A stretch of DNA of 63,475 nucleotides from Candidatus Jacksonbacteria bacterium RIFCSPLOWO2_02_FULL_44_20 (GCA_001818155.1 MHJU01000017.1:1-63475); one strand, 5' to 3'. Counted from the stretch's first letter, positions 1 to 10,012 are shown. Notes: generated from the sequence alone by a model not told the origin. Numbers and translations are program-made.

Positions 1-10
1 AAAGCGATAA

Positions 11-745
11 TCACGCAATGGTCTGGGTAATTTTTAACACATAACTCACGATCGTCCATGAAATACCAATGATCACCAAACCTATCAAACCGGCAACGAT
101 AGTTTTCTTTGCTTTCTCAACTTTCTCGTCATCTCCGGCTGAAGCCATCCATAAAGCGCCGCCGTACATCGTAACAATCACTCCCGCAACTCCCAAAAAC
201 CCAAGCGCGATGTTCAAAAGTTCCCGGATTTGGTCACGGATGTCGGAGGCGGCGTCGCCAAGTTTATCAGCCGGAACTTCACCTTGGCCAAAATCGTTCT
301 GGCAAAGCCCGCTCTCTTGAATATCGCACACAAGTCCGGTTGCGCATCGGTCGCTTTCCGGGATAGACGTTCCGAGCGTTCCAATGTCCTGGTCTTTATT
401 AAGACGCGCGAGTTCGTCAATGCACGCCACGCCGTTTACCGCGGCAACGCATATATTATTGTCCGTTTTACAGGTAAACTGCAATACGGATGTTTCGTCT
501 TCACAGTGGATGCCGGTACCACACCAAGTGCCGATAGCGACAAACTGTTTTGGCACAACGCACCGGTTGGAAACGCACTGAAGCGCCACATTTTGATCAG
601 GACCGTTCCATGGCGTAATAGTCATAGAGCCACAGTCTAACTGCTCCTGACAGGATTGGCCTATTGTTCCAGAGATTGCAAGGGCAGAGGTTGGAATAAG
701 TAACAGAGCGAAAAACGCGGTAATAATAGATAAATAATGTTTCAT
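11..745 (-). CDS. Secreted Cys-rich protein with C-terminal VirB2/TrbC-like (T4SS_pilin-type) pilin module
   Basis: Signal peptide, Cys-rich middle region, C-terminal two-TM hairpin 'LLNIALGFLGVAGVIVTMYGGALWMASAGDDEKVEKAKKTIVAGLIGLVII' typical of CPR pilins. Confidence 0.8.
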   Translation of the reverse strand: MKHYLSIITAFFALLLIPTSALAISGTIGQSCQEQLDCGSMTITPWNGPDQNVALQCVSNRCVVPKQFVAIGTWCGTGIHCEDETSVLQFTCKTDNNICVAAVNGVACIDELARLNKDQDIGTLGTSIPESDRCATGLVCDIQESGLCQNDFGQGEVPADKLGDAASDIRDQIRELLNIALGFLGVAGVIVTMYGGALWMASAGDDEKVEKAKKTIVAGLIGLVIIGISWTIVSYVLKITQTIA

Positions 746-803
746 AGATTTATCAAACTTTCATGAACTTTATAATTTAATCCATGGAAGTTAAATGATT
801 TTT

Positions 804-1868
804 TTACGACACCTGTTCCGCGACTTTAAGGACGTAACTGACGATTGTCCACGCGACTCCGATGATGACAATGCCGATCATGCCGGCGACAATGGTTTTC
901 TTTGCTTTGCCGACTTTTTCATCATCTCCGAACGCGGTCATCCATGTAAAGCCGCCGTATAAGGTTACAATCACACCCGCGACTCCGAGAAAACCAAGCG
1001 CGATGTTTATGAGATTTCTGATCTGGTCGCGGATGTCTTGTGATGCTTCACCTAAACTCCCGGCTGGGACAGCTCCCTGGCCAATATCATTGACGCATGT
1101 CCCTTGTGTCTGATCGCAGAGCAATCCAATATCGCATCGTTCTGTTGAATCAAGTAGTAAATAATGTTCACCAAGCAGAAAAAAACGATTCAATGTTTGG
1201 CTTGTATTCAAACATTGAACATTTGCCACAGAGCCAACGCAGTGTTGATCGCTCCCGCAAGTAAAATCAAATTCAGCTGTGGTTCCGGTTTCGCATTGAC
1301 GATCAGAACCTGTGCCAGTTGTGCAAGTTGTGCCAATCGCTCGATTAATCGATTGTGGCACACATGCATTTTCTTCGCACTCTAAAGGAGTGGTGGAACC
1401 ATTTAAATTCAAAACCGCGCATTGAGATGTTTGCGAACACCCACCGCCAGTTAATGTTATATTCGTTGTTACATCAGAACGATTGACAGTGACCGCAGGT
1501 GAGTTAGATGTGGCGTCTGTAGCACTAATTGTGAAACTAGCACTCGCGGTTTGGTTACTAGTTAAACTTGTTTTAAAGTATACAATGTTCCCTTCTTTTG
1601 CAATTTGTGTGACTGTAGAAAATGCGCCCTCTCCAGATGGTGTGGTGGAAAAGGTAATTGGAGTCGTTGCGGTGCCGTTATCTGTGGTAGCTTGTAGAAT
1701 AATATCCACTCTATTCCCAACTTGTTTAGTGATTGCCATTGGTCCAAACTCCACTATTTTCAAACCATTTGTAAGCGTTACCGCTCCAGCCACATTCGGC
1801 GCAAGCGCGACAATCCCAAAAAGAGCAAACGCCGCCACGAGAAAAAATACTTTTTTGATAGAACGCAT
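804..1868 (-). CDS. Secreted Thr/Cys-rich protein with C-terminal VirB2/TrbC-like pilin module; paralog of 11..745
   Basis: Signal peptide, Thr-rich beta region, Cys-rich repeats, C-terminal 'YGGFTWMTAFGDDEKVGKAKKTIVAGMIG' closely similar to the neighbour. Confidence 0.8.
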   Translation of the reverse strand: MRSIKKVFFLVAAFALFGIVALAPNVAGAVTLTNGLKIVEFGPMAITKQVGNRVDIILQATTDNGTATTPITFSTTPSGEGAFSTVTQIAKEGNIVYFKTSLTSNQTASASFTISATDATSNSPAVTVNRSDVTTNITLTGGGCSQTSQCAVLNLNGSTTPLECEENACVPQSINRAIGTTCTTGTGSDRQCETGTTAEFDFTCGSDQHCVGSVANVQCLNTSQTLNRFFLLGEHYLLLDSTERCDIGLLCDQTQGTCVNDIGQGAVPAGSLGEASQDIRDQIRNLINIALGFLGVAGVIVTLYGGFTWMTAFGDDEKVGKAKKTIVAGMIGIVIIGVAWTIVSYVLKVAEQVS

Positions 1869-1941
1869 ATAATGAATGTTGAATCAAAGTTCATGGGTCA
1901 TGAGGGCTTTATCGCGCCGCATGAATCATGAGATGATTCGG

Positions 1942-2046
1942 TTATTTATTTTCTAACTCTCTTAATCGTTTATGAAAAATACGATCTACTATAATCGCCG
2001 CAATTATCTCTGCAAAAAATATAATCAATAAGATAGTTTTAAGCAT
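1942..2046 (-). CDS. Putative 34-aa single-TM microprotein (MLKTILLIIFFAEIIAAIIVDRIFHKRLRELENK)
   Basis: Translated by hand; ATG overlaps the end of the upstream small ORF; hydrophobic N-terminus and charged tail. Confidence 0.45.
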   Translation of the reverse strand: MLKTILLIIFFAEIIAAIIVDRIFHKRLRELENK

Positions 2047-2167
2047 TCTCTTTCTCTTTCTGCTTCATTTGGATAATACTCTTCACAGCGGAACTATACG
2101 CCCATAATCCAAAAGCAAGCAAAAGTATGTAGAATAATAATAGAGATGTCTCTATATTAAAAGTCAT
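2039..2167 (-). CDS. Putative 42-aa single-TM microprotein (MTFNIETSLLLFYILLLAFGLWAYSSAVKSIIQMKQKEKENA)
   Basis: Translated by hand; ATGA overlap with the stop of 2164..2364. Confidence 0.5.
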   Translation of the reverse strand: MTFNIETSLLLFYILLLAFGLWAYSSAVKSIIQMKQKEKENA

Positions 2168-2364
2168 ATAGAAAATTGTAATAACCAAATGCCATTACGA
2201 AAAAACCACCAAGCCCCAAATAAACCTGCGATAAAAAGCCATACTGGAATATTCAAAGATGGAACAAAAAATCCGACAATAACTGAACCGACTAAAATTT
2301 TACCAAGATCAATGAATAAATCTGATAATCCTTTAACTTGTATTTTTGTTCTTAATTGAAGCAT
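2164..2364 (-). CDS. Small two-TM hypothetical protein (66 aa)
   Basis: Likely start MLQLRTK at 2364, just after the pilin stop at 2370; two hydrophobic segments. Confidence 0.55.
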   Translation of the reverse strand: MLQLRTKIQVKGLSDLFIDLGKILVGSVIVGFFVPSLNIPVWLFIAGLFGAWWFFRNGIWLLQFSI

Positions 2365-2369
2365 ATTGC

Positions 2370-2846
2370 TTAACTTCCCACCACTCGCCCCGTATGCAGA
2401 ATAAACGACGTAACAGTCCACGCAACCGCGATCGCAACCGCGCCCACTGCGGCCCAAAGCATTGTGTCGCGACCCTTTTTTACTTTATCGTCGCTCCCCA
2501 TTGATGTCAGCCATTCAAACGCGCCGTATACTATCATCACAATCACAACGATACCAAGAAAACCGAAGATCACATTCAGCGCGATGCGGATATTAGAGCG
2601 GAGATCGGTTACTGGCTTGCCATAAGGGCAACCGTCTTTTACTTCTTGACAAGGAACAACGTCGGAGCCGTACAAACATCCTTCATAATAGATGATATTC
2701 CCATTTGAGTCATATACAGGCACAGCTACATCTCCTGGCGCGCAATTCGGTTTAGTTTGCGCTTTCGTGAAAAGAGGAATTACAGTGAAAAAAGCTAAAA
2801 ACAGAAAATATGCGATCCCGATCTTGCTTGTTAAATGATAAGCCAT
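2370..2846 (-). CDS. VirB2/TrbC-like pilin with short Cys-containing N-terminal domain
   Basis: 'IALNVIFGFLGIVVIVMIVYGAFEWLTSMGSDDKVKKGRDTMLWAAVG' pilin hairpin. Confidence 0.8.
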   Translation of the reverse strand: MAYHLTSKIGIAYFLFLAFFTVIPLFTKAQTKPNCAPGDVAVPVYDSNGNIIYYEGCLYGSDVVPCQEVKDGCPYGKPVTDLRSNIRIALNVIFGFLGIVVIVMIVYGAFEWLTSMGSDDKVKKGRDTMLWAAVGAVAIAVAWTVTSFILHTGRVVGS

Positions 2847-2909
2847 GCTTCAAAAACTTCTCCACAACGCGCCACCATTATACCACTACAGTAAAATAAC
2901 GGTCAACTT

Positions 2910-3275
2910 TCACGGCGTTCCGATGTTAAGGGAGCCGGCCAGGCGATCAATGACAAAGGCGAGAATAGCGTAAGCGCCGAAGAGAAGCGCGATTCCGATG
3001 ATTGTCCAAAGCATATTGTCGCGGTTTTTTTTGACCGCCTCCGGATTGCCCCGGGAAGCGATGAGCCCGACTCCGGCGATGACGAAATTCAAAAGCGCAA
3101 AAATGCCGACGGTTCCAAGAAACGCTTTGATGACGCGGGCGTAAATTTCCAAAGGGCTTCCGGCGCCTATGGGATCAGAAATTTTAATTGGAACGGCAAG
3201 GGCGGCAAGCGGCAGAAACAACGCCCAGACTGATATAATTTTAATGACTGTTTTCGCGCGCGATGAATAAGTCAT
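2910..3275 (-). CDS. VirB2/TrbC-like pilin (minimal form)
   Basis: 'FVIAGVGLIASRGNPEAVKKNRDNMLWTIIG' hairpin; likely start MTYSS at 3275 (ORF is open to 3302). Confidence 0.8.
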   Translation of the reverse strand: MTYSSRAKTVIKIISVWALFLPLAALAVPIKISDPIGAGSPLEIYARVIKAFLGTVGIFALLNFVIAGVGLIASRGNPEAVKKNRDNMLWTIIGIALLFGAYAILAFVIDRLAGSLNIGTP

Positions 3276-3285
3276 AAGCATAAAA

Positions 3286-4131
3286 TTATACTGACAATTC
3301 ATTTCCTACAGGAATTGAATCCGCAGGCGAAGTTCCTTTATTTTTATACGGATTTTCGCTTTCTTTCACCTCGCCGCAACAGAAATTGGTAGTATTGACA
3401 AAGCCGCAAAATGACGGATCCGGAAGGCAATCTATAAATTTTGTGTTATACACCGGATCACCTGTCTGCTCTGCATTTCTCTTCTTCTCAAGCTCTGTCT
3501 TATTAAAATTATCTACATTTTCTTTAGTTCTTTTGCAGTCATAACCGCTAAATTTATCTGGATACGTGCCTTTCAAATACTGGCAGGTCGTTGTGTAGGT
3601 CGTGTCCGTGCCACATTCCCCTTTCATGCATATCTGATCAACGCCACACGGCGTGCCGTCGCCGCGGCTAAAACACTGCTGTTGAGACGCAGGAAGCCCT
3701 GCTATCGCTCCCTCCGCGCATAGCCAGTTCCACGGATTTGCAAACAGCACTCCTCCTCGCTCGTCAGGGCCTTTTATCGCATTAAGTGGCTGGTTTGATG
3801 GAGTGGTAAGAATGTACACCGTAACGTTGATTACATGCCACGCTATGAGAACAAAAAGTAGCCCGAAAAGCGCGCCTTTCATCTCATTTTTTCCATGCTC
3901 AACTTTTTCGCTTTTCCCTCGCGCGATGATCAATTCAAACGCGCCCCATATAAAAACAAAAAAAATCGTCGCGCCAAGAAAGTATAACACGAATTCAAAC
4001 CCTCTGCTAATAACGTCCACAATGTCGCAAAAGCCGCAGTTTCCGCTCTCGGCGCAGGCGGGCAATAATGCTGGTTGGGCAGATGCGAGAGAAGGGATGA
4101 AAAGAATGAGTAGGACAATGATAAAATACAT
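3286..4131 (-). CDS. VirB2/TrbC-like pilin with C-terminal Cys-rich extension
   Basis: 'LLPACAESGNCGFCD' followed by pilin hairpin 'IWGAFELIIARGKSEKVEHGKNEMKGALFG' and a Cys-rich tail. Confidence 0.75.
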   Translation of the reverse strand: MYFIIVLLILFIPSLASAQPALLPACAESGNCGFCDIVDVISRGFEFVLYFLGATIFFVFIWGAFELIIARGKSEKVEHGKNEMKGALFGLLFVLIAWHVINVTVYILTTPSNQPLNAIKGPDERGGVLFANPWNWLCAEGAIAGLPASQQQCFSRGDGTPCGVDQICMKGECGTDTTYTTTCQYLKGTYPDKFSGYDCKRTKENVDNFNKTELEKKRNAEQTGDPVYNTKFIDCLPDPSFCGFVNTTNFCCGEVKESENPYKNKGTSPADSIPVGNELSV

Positions 4132-4150
4132 GCAAAATCAAAATTTCAAA

Positions 4151-5569
4151 TCACCGCAGTGTAGCTGTAACCTTCTGCGCGCCGGAGGCAAGAGCGTCTT
4201 CAAGAGATTGTTTGCCGTTCACAACTGAAGCAATCATTTGAATCAGCGCATCTTCCGCATCTGGCGCGGATTTGCCAAAATACCACACGCGCGCCTGCGG
4301 AGCTTGGGAGGCAAACACGGAGAGTTCAGGATCGGTAATTTTTATCGCTTGTTCTTTTAACGGCGAAATTTTGCCGGCTGTTGACTGCAAAACAAGCAAA
4401 TTCTCCGGCTGGGAAAGAAAGTTCAAGAAATGCCATGCTTCGTTTTGATGCTTTGATTTTTTTGAAACCGCTTCAACCCAATAATTGGCGATTGTGGCGC
4501 TCCCGAGCGCTCCGACCGGCACAGGCAAAGGCGCGACTCCGAAATTCACACGGGAAGCGCGGATTTCTGGCAGGTTGTAGGAATATCCGAACATATAAGC
4601 AATCCGTCCCTGCTTAAATGCTTCAAGCGCGTGTTCCTGGGATTCGTTCCATGTGTACACTTTTTTCACCGGATCTGCAAAATCGGTGTAAAAACGAAGC
4701 GCTTCAAGCCCGATGTTGTACTTGTCCTCTTCGCGGATACTGTTATGGAATGTTGCAAACCCGCGTTCTTCATCAATCATAGTAACGCCTGTTTGAAGCA
4801 TGAGAGCAGAAAGAATATCGGTAGGACGAATAAGATTGACCGCTGTCCCAAAAGCCGCGCCTGCCTCTACAATCTCGCCGTCTTCGTTCACCTGCGCGAT
4901 TTTCATCACGTCCTCCTGAAATCTCTGCCACGTCTGCGGAGGATCGTAAATATCATTTTTTTCAAGAATGCTGATGTTGTAATAAAGCCCGAGCGTATCT
5001 ACGGAAAGGGGCACTGCCATTAATGACTCTTTTACCGCTACAGAAGAAGGCGCGTCCGGGCCTGCGCTCTCAATCTTTCGGAGAACGTCGTCTTTCACAA
5101 AAGAGTAGTAATTCCGCTTTATATCGCGCGCATTTATTATCGCCGCGCGATCGGTTACAACCTCTTTGATTGTGGGCTCCAATTCTCCTGGTTTTGGATC
5201 TTGTAAAATGGCGCGCTTGATTTCCACGCTCTCGGGCGCAGGCGCGATACTCTCTTCATAAAGCCCGACCCAGTCGTGAGGAATTGAAAATATGTCGGGC
5301 CCGCGATCCTCGGCAAGGGCTGTCAGCATCTCATGCTCATATTCTTCAAAACGCAAATTGCGGAAACGGACTTTGATAGTAGGATTTGCCTTTTCGTATT
5401 TTTCAATGAGCGTCTTCATATCAAAGGAATTATTCCACACCTGCCAGTATTCCAAAGTAACCGGTTCAATTGATTCAATCGGAATACGCTTGCGGCAACC
5501 AAAACCAAAAGACATGAGCATTGTAAAAATAATAATTATCTTGATAACAAAAGAATTGGGGGAAAACAT
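4151..5569 (-). CDS. Extracellular solute-binding lipoprotein, family 1 (sugar-type)
   Basis: Lipobox-like FGFGC; motifs 'ALAEDRGPDIF', 'PLSVDTLGLYYN', 'PPQTW', 'AWHFLNFL'. Confidence 0.85.
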   Translation of the reverse strand: MFSPNSFVIKIIIIFTMLMSFGFGCRKRIPIESIEPVTLEYWQVWNNSFDMKTLIEKYEKANPTIKVRFRNLRFEEYEHEMLTALAEDRGPDIFSIPHDWVGLYEESIAPAPESVEIKRAILQDPKPGELEPTIKEVVTDRAAIINARDIKRNYYSFVKDDVLRKIESAGPDAPSSVAVKESLMAVPLSVDTLGLYYNISILEKNDIYDPPQTWQRFQEDVMKIAQVNEDGEIVEAGAAFGTAVNLIRPTDILSALMLQTGVTMIDEERGFATFHNSIREEDKYNIGLEALRFYTDFADPVKKVYTWNESQEHALEAFKQGRIAYMFGYSYNLPEIRASRVNFGVAPLPVPVGALGSATIANYWVEAVSKKSKHQNEAWHFLNFLSQPENLLVLQSTAGKISPLKEQAIKITDPELSVFASQAPQARVWYFGKSAPDAEDALIQMIASVVNGKQSLEDALASGAQKVTATLR

Positions 5570-5588
5570 AGTGATGAAAACTCAAAAT

Positions 5589-6446
5589 TTAAATTTGTTT
5601 GATAAAATCTAAAAAGTCTTTTCCTATCTCTTTGTCGCGTAATCCCAAGTGCACATTTGCCTTAAGCCATCCAAGTCTGTTGCCGCAGTCAAAGCGGAGC
5701 CCTGGAAATTTATACGCGTACACCGGCGTTTCTTTTATAGAATCCCTAAGCGCGTGGGAAAAACGGATTTCGCCGTCTTCTGCCGGAGTTTGCGCTAAAA
5801 GCGCGGCTATTACATGAGGAGTTGCGATATACATGCCGACAATGCCTAAGTTTGACGGCGCTAAAGAACGTTTTGGTTTTTCAATAATATGGGAAACTTT
5901 GTATACATTTTGCTCTATCGGAACTCCGGCGATGACGCCGTAGCGCTCAAGCGCCTCGCCTTCCAACTCCTGCACCGCCAAAATCGGAGCGCGATACTTT
6001 TCATGGAGCGAAAGCATGTGTTTCAAGGTCGGTTCACTGTGGAAAATAAGATCATCGCCCCACATTACGACACACGATTCATCGGGCGTTAAAAAATGCC
6101 GCGCGCGCAAAATCGCGTCTCCGTCGCCTAAAGGAGCCGGCTGGCGGATAAAATAAAAACGCGCCATTTCCCTGATGGAGCGCAGTTCGCAGTTAATTTC
6201 ATGTCTGCCTTTTTGTTCAAGCCTGTATTCCAGTTCAAAGTGCGCGTCAAAATAATCTTCAACAGCTTTTTTATGCGCCGATGTAACGAAAATAATGTCA
6301 GTTATCCCGCTTTTCACAGCCTCCTCAACAATATAATGAATGACCGGCTTATCCAAAAGCGGAAACATTTCTTTTGGAATTGACTTAGCCGCCGGGAGAA
6401 ACCTCGTTCCCATGCCGGCAACCGGAATAATCGCTTTCGTAATCAT
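5589..6446 (-). CDS. galU: UTP--glucose-1-phosphate uridylyltransferase
   Basis: 'KAIIPVAGMGTRFLPAAKSIPKEMFPLLDKP', 'RQPAPLGDGDAI', 'RFDCG'. Confidence 0.93.
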   Translation of the reverse strand: MITKAIIPVAGMGTRFLPAAKSIPKEMFPLLDKPVIHYIVEEAVKSGITDIIFVTSAHKKAVEDYFDAHFELEYRLEQKGRHEINCELRSIREMARFYFIRQPAPLGDGDAILRARHFLTPDESCVVMWGDDLIFHSEPTLKHMLSLHEKYRAPILAVQELEGEALERYGVIAGVPIEQNVYKVSHIIEKPKRSLAPSNLGIVGMYIATPHVIAALLAQTPAEDGEIRFSHALRDSIKETPVYAYKFPGLRFDCGNRLGWLKANVHLGLRDKEIGKDFLDFIKQI

Positions 6447-6497
6447 ATCGTAAAAACTTTGTCCTGTTTTAAAGTGTACGGATAAACAAAATGGGTG

Positions 6498-7217
6498 TCA
6501 ATGATTTTTGGCTTTTTGATACTCCCCCATCGGATATTTCACGCGATTTGCGGCAGAGTGGTCGTTCAGCGCAAAAAGAAATGCAAGTTTTGCGTACATA
6601 AGTCCGGTTCTCGTAAAGCCGTAGGTTTCAAATCTGCGGGGAGATACAACAAGCCGCCTGTAAAGCATCCGAAATCTGTGCTCCTCGGCAATGCGGCGGA
6701 TGAGTTCAATATCCTCAAAACGAAATCTGGGATCAAAACCGCCGCTTTCGCGAAACACATCAGCAAAAACTATAAGAGAACCTGCGCCTGCCGGAGAAAA
6801 ATACTGGGCAATAAACAATACAAAATTGAAACACGCATAAAAAAAAGCAAGCCGAGCTGAAGGAAAACGAGGAAAATAAAGAGGACATGCGATATCAAGC
6901 CCGCGGCGCAAAAACTCGCCAAGCGATTTTTCAAGAAAATCCGGCTTCAGACGAGTGTCTGCGTCCAGAAAAAAAAGAATTCTTCCTCGCGCTTCTTTTG
7001 CGCCAAAATTGCGCTGAAGAGCAACAGAGGGCTCTATGCAAAACAAACGAACGTTTGGAAATTGTCTGACAATCTCGCAAGTTTTGTCGCGAGAACCGCC
7101 GTCAACGACAATCACCTCGCGCGGACACATTGTTTGCGCGGCTATATCAGTAAGAAGGCTCGCGATGTAGCGCTCTTCGTTTAAGGTTGGAATTATAATA
7201 GAAACAGACGGCATCAT
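6498..7217 (-). CDS. Glycosyltransferase family 2
   Basis: 'SIIIPTLNEE', 'VVDGGSRDKT', 'FFLDAD', 'FED'. Confidence 0.9.
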   Translation of the reverse strand: MMPSVSIIIPTLNEERYIASLLTDIAAQTMCPREVIVVDGGSRDKTCEIVRQFPNVRLFCIEPSVALQRNFGAKEARGRILFFLDADTRLKPDFLEKSLGEFLRRGLDIACPLYFPRFPSARLAFFYACFNFVLFIAQYFSPAGAGSLIVFADVFRESGGFDPRFRFEDIELIRRIAEEHRFRMLYRRLVVSPRRFETYGFTRTGLMYAKLAFLFALNDHSAANRVKYPMGEYQKAKNH

Positions 7218-7816
7218 GTCATTATCTTTTTTGAATTTATAAGAGGAATGATTATTACCGCGAGGATCGCGCCGACAAAATCGCCGAAAAGATCAAGTAA
7301 AGTATTTTCATATCCTCCGATGTCGGCTGTCGGGAAAATTGCAATAGTAATAAATTCAACCATCTCGTTTATGGCTCCAATGCCAAGCCCGGCAAGCGCA
7401 ATGACTAATAGAATAATCGCGGAATTACGCGCGCCGTCCGGAACGCGAGAAGCGATTATATGATATATAAGAGCTGTCGCAAAGCCAAATCCGATTGCGT
7501 GGACAATTTGATCGTAGCGGATAATCGGAAGCGAACTTGCGACTGGAAAAATTACGCGATCATAAAGCGCGGATCCGCCGACAATGACATTGCTTCCAGC
7601 TAAATGCAGAAATGCCCACGCTGTAAGGCCGGAGAGAATGACTGGAGGATAGCGAACTTTTTTGTTTGTCGCAAGAACAAGAATCGTGAACCCGATAATC
7701 ATCCCTAAGTGAGCCATAAGCTCGTAGTTTGTCGGCGTGAAATACGCAAAACCAAAACCAATGAGAATAAGTACGATGAGGATGAGAAATGGTGCTTGAG
7801 CGCGGGAGAGTGGCAT
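7214..7816 (-). CDS. Membrane protein, DUF2238/YjdF-like
   Basis: Multiple TM helices; 'RYDQIVH', 'GAINEMVEF', 'NTLLDL'. Confidence 0.7.
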   Translation of the reverse strand: MPLSRAQAPFLILIVLILIGFGFAYFTPTNYELMAHLGMIIGFTILVLATNKKVRYPPVILSGLTAWAFLHLAGSNVIVGGSALYDRVIFPVASSLPIIRYDQIVHAIGFGFATALIYHIIASRVPDGARNSAIILLVIALAGLGIGAINEMVEFITIAIFPTADIGGYENTLLDLFGDFVGAILAVIIIPLINSKKIMT

Positions 7817-7828
7817 GTGGGTAAAAAA

Positions 7829-8959
7829 TTAAAAACGAGTATTCTTTAATATGTTATCAACAGTCACTGACTCAAATCTTGCTTCAGGATAGATTCTAGT
7901 AAACTGCGCGGGAGCAGAAGTAACGTCTTTCCATTTGCACTCAAAGGCGGAAATACTGGCGCCGCTTTTTTCTATCACGTCAATCTCAAGCCCGGTGCGT
8001 GATCTCCAAAACATAATTTCGGAAGAGAAAATTTCAAGAGAACCCTTTTTCATGCGCTCGCTGACAAAAAAATTTTCAAAAATCGCTCCCCGGTCGGTGC
8101 GCGTTTCCATTGGAGATATGATATCCACGAGAGCATTGCGCACACCCATATCAAGAAAATAAACTTTGAATCCTTTTTTAATTTCATTGCGAGGATTGTT
8201 TGAAAAAGAATATATCCGTTTTATGATGAAAGACTGCTCAAGCAATGTTAGGTAGCGGTTGACAGTTGCTCGTGTCACGCTAAGCCCCTGCGCCAATTCA
8301 TTTACGGACACTATCGCACCCACTTGAAGAGCGAGCATTTTGAGCAAATCCTCAAATGTCTTTGGGTTGCGAATCGTTTCAAAAACAAAAATATCTTTGT
8401 AGAGATAGTTCGTGGCGATATTTTTTATAACAAACAATTTTTCTTCCACTGTTTCCGCGGCGACGACAGCCGGGTAGGAGCCAAACTGCATAAGAGGCAA
8501 AAGGTCATGCCGCTCTAAACAAGGGTAGGCTGAAGTTATTTCATGCAATGAAAGCGGCAATAGGGTAAACTCGTACGCCCGTCCCGTCATCGGCTCTTTG
8601 ATTTTGTTGGCGAGATCAAACGACGACGATCCTGTTGCGACAATCTGAACTTCCGGATAGGTGTCGTGATAGGCCTTTAGAATACTGCCAATATCTTGAA
8701 TAGTCTGCGCCTCATCAAACACGACAATTTTTTTGTTCCGTGTAAGCGATAGGAGTTGATCCGGATGCCCAAACGCAAAATGCGCTCGTACGTCGGCAAG
8801 TTGGCAGTCGTAATACTCCGCAACAGAACCGTAGGAATCAATAATTTTTTTGGCAAGCGTTGTTTTCCCGGACTGTCTTGGACCTAAAATGACCACCATG
8901 CGGTCATTAAAAAGGACCGAGGCAATGCGATGTTCAAGGTCTCGTTGAAATATCTTCAT
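7829..8959 (-). CDS. AAA+ ATPase (AAA_14/DUF4143 type) with C-terminal PD-(D/E)xK-like domain
   Basis: GPRQSGKTT, 'VFDEAQ', 'ATGSS', 'GAIFEN', 'EIDVI..FECKW'; likely start MKIFQR at 8959. Confidence 0.88.
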   Translation of the reverse strand: MKIFQRDLEHRIASVLFNDRMVVILGPRQSGKTTLAKKIIDSYGSVAEYYDCQLADVRAHFAFGHPDQLLSLTRNKKIVVFDEAQTIQDIGSILKAYHDTYPEVQIVATGSSSFDLANKIKEPMTGRAYEFTLLPLSLHEITSAYPCLERHDLLPLMQFGSYPAVVAAETVEEKLFVIKNIATNYLYKDIFVFETIRNPKTFEDLLKMLALQVGAIVSVNELAQGLSVTRATVNRYLTLLEQSFIIKRIYSFSNNPRNEIKKGFKVYFLDMGVRNALVDIISPMETRTDRGAIFENFFVSERMKKGSLEIFSSEIMFWRSRTGLEIDVIEKSGASISAFECKWKDVTSAPAQFTRIYPEARFESVTVDNILKNTRF

Positions 8960-9049
8960 GTTTACAGTATAGCAAATTGCTACTAAACAAGCAATTTGTA
9001 AAAACACTCAAAAAACTGGTTTTTATAAGGGTTTTCTGCGGTAATTTTT

Positions 9050-9343
9050 TTAAGGAATTGTTGGGCTAGTGAAGAATGTAACCAGCGCGGAAAGGACGAT
9101 TTTCATAACCGGTAAAATTTGAGTTGTTGTGAGAGCAACACCAACGATCGTTAGCCAAAAAATTCTTTTCTGCAATTTCTCATTTTTTTCATCAAGATTA
9201 ATGATGGTCTCTCGCAACTTATTTAATGTACGTCTGGTCAGTTCATCAGAGGCAAGGTTGCCACCACGAAAATCAAGTTCATTTATCATGTACATCAAGT
9301 GCTCATCCGTATCGTCTTGTAATTTGGGGTGAAAATTACTCAT
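9050..9343 (-). CDS. Hypothetical coiled-coil protein with C-terminal TM helix
   Basis: 97-aa ORF co-oriented with neighbours; heptad-like stretch then a hydrophobic segment. Confidence 0.6.
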   Translation of the reverse strand: MSNFHPKLQDDTDEHLMYMINELDFRGGNLASDELTRRTLNKLRETIINLDEKNEKLQKRIFWLTIVGVALTTTQILPVMKIVLSALVTFFTSPTIP

Positions 9344-9363
9344 CCAGACAATTTTTTGGTCGA

Positions 9364-9960
9364 TTACTCTCCATTTTCAAATCTTCTCCTGCGTTGATCA
9401 AGCGTTTCACCATCGTACATCCAATAAAGCGCTCCTGAAACTCGGCAATCATATCCGAGAATTTTTTGCGCGGAAAGCGCAAGACTTGTTCTTTCTCCAT
9501 TAAACTCAACCCACCTATTATCTAAAACTTTTGCTTTCTTACTTTCATCGCGCTTAAAGACAAGCTCCGCTCCAATAGGAATATCAACCATCTTAAAGTT
9601 AAATGCTGCTCGTCTTTCTTTGGCACGACTTAAGGCTTTCTGGTCTTCTTGCGATTCCGTATAAACTTGTCGCGGAGTGACATCTTTTATCGCCTTCGCG
9701 CGCAAAGCGGCCGCCACCGACTCAGGCGACACTTCAAAAAATTCACGTTCGCTACTTACTCGCCATTGATCAAAAATTTCAAAAAGCCACTCTTCAACAT
9801 CTTTACTATTAGGAACTGTACAGGCATAAAAACATTCAAACGGCAATGGCACCTGAGTCCTGTACAATGTCCGCATCCGTTGTTCAAGATTCTTTGTTTT
9901 GCCTATCTTCACATAGCCGGGCATCGCTTCGTTTATGAGAATGTAGATAATTTCATTCAT
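9364..9960 (-). CDS. GIY-YIG superfamily nuclease (T5orf172-like)
   Basis: 'IIYILINEAMPGYVKIGKT..LEQRM..L..TQVPLPFEC', 'REFFEV'. Confidence 0.85.
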   Translation of the reverse strand: MNEIIYILINEAMPGYVKIGKTKNLEQRMRTLYRTQVPLPFECFYACTVPNSKDVEEWLFEIFDQWRVSSEREFFEVSPESVAAALRAKAIKDVTPRQVYTESQEDQKALSRAKERRAAFNFKMVDIPIGAELVFKRDESKKAKVLDNRWVEFNGERTSLALSAQKILGYDCRVSGALYWMYDGETLDQRRRRFENGE

Positions 9961-10012
9961 ATTTCTCTATTTTTTTATTACTTCAAAAAAGTAGCCCTTC
10001 TTTTTGAAAATT

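Noticed and set aside
11..4131. Conjugative type IV secretion system
   Set aside because: Only pilin-like genes; no VirB4, VirD4 or relaxase in the window
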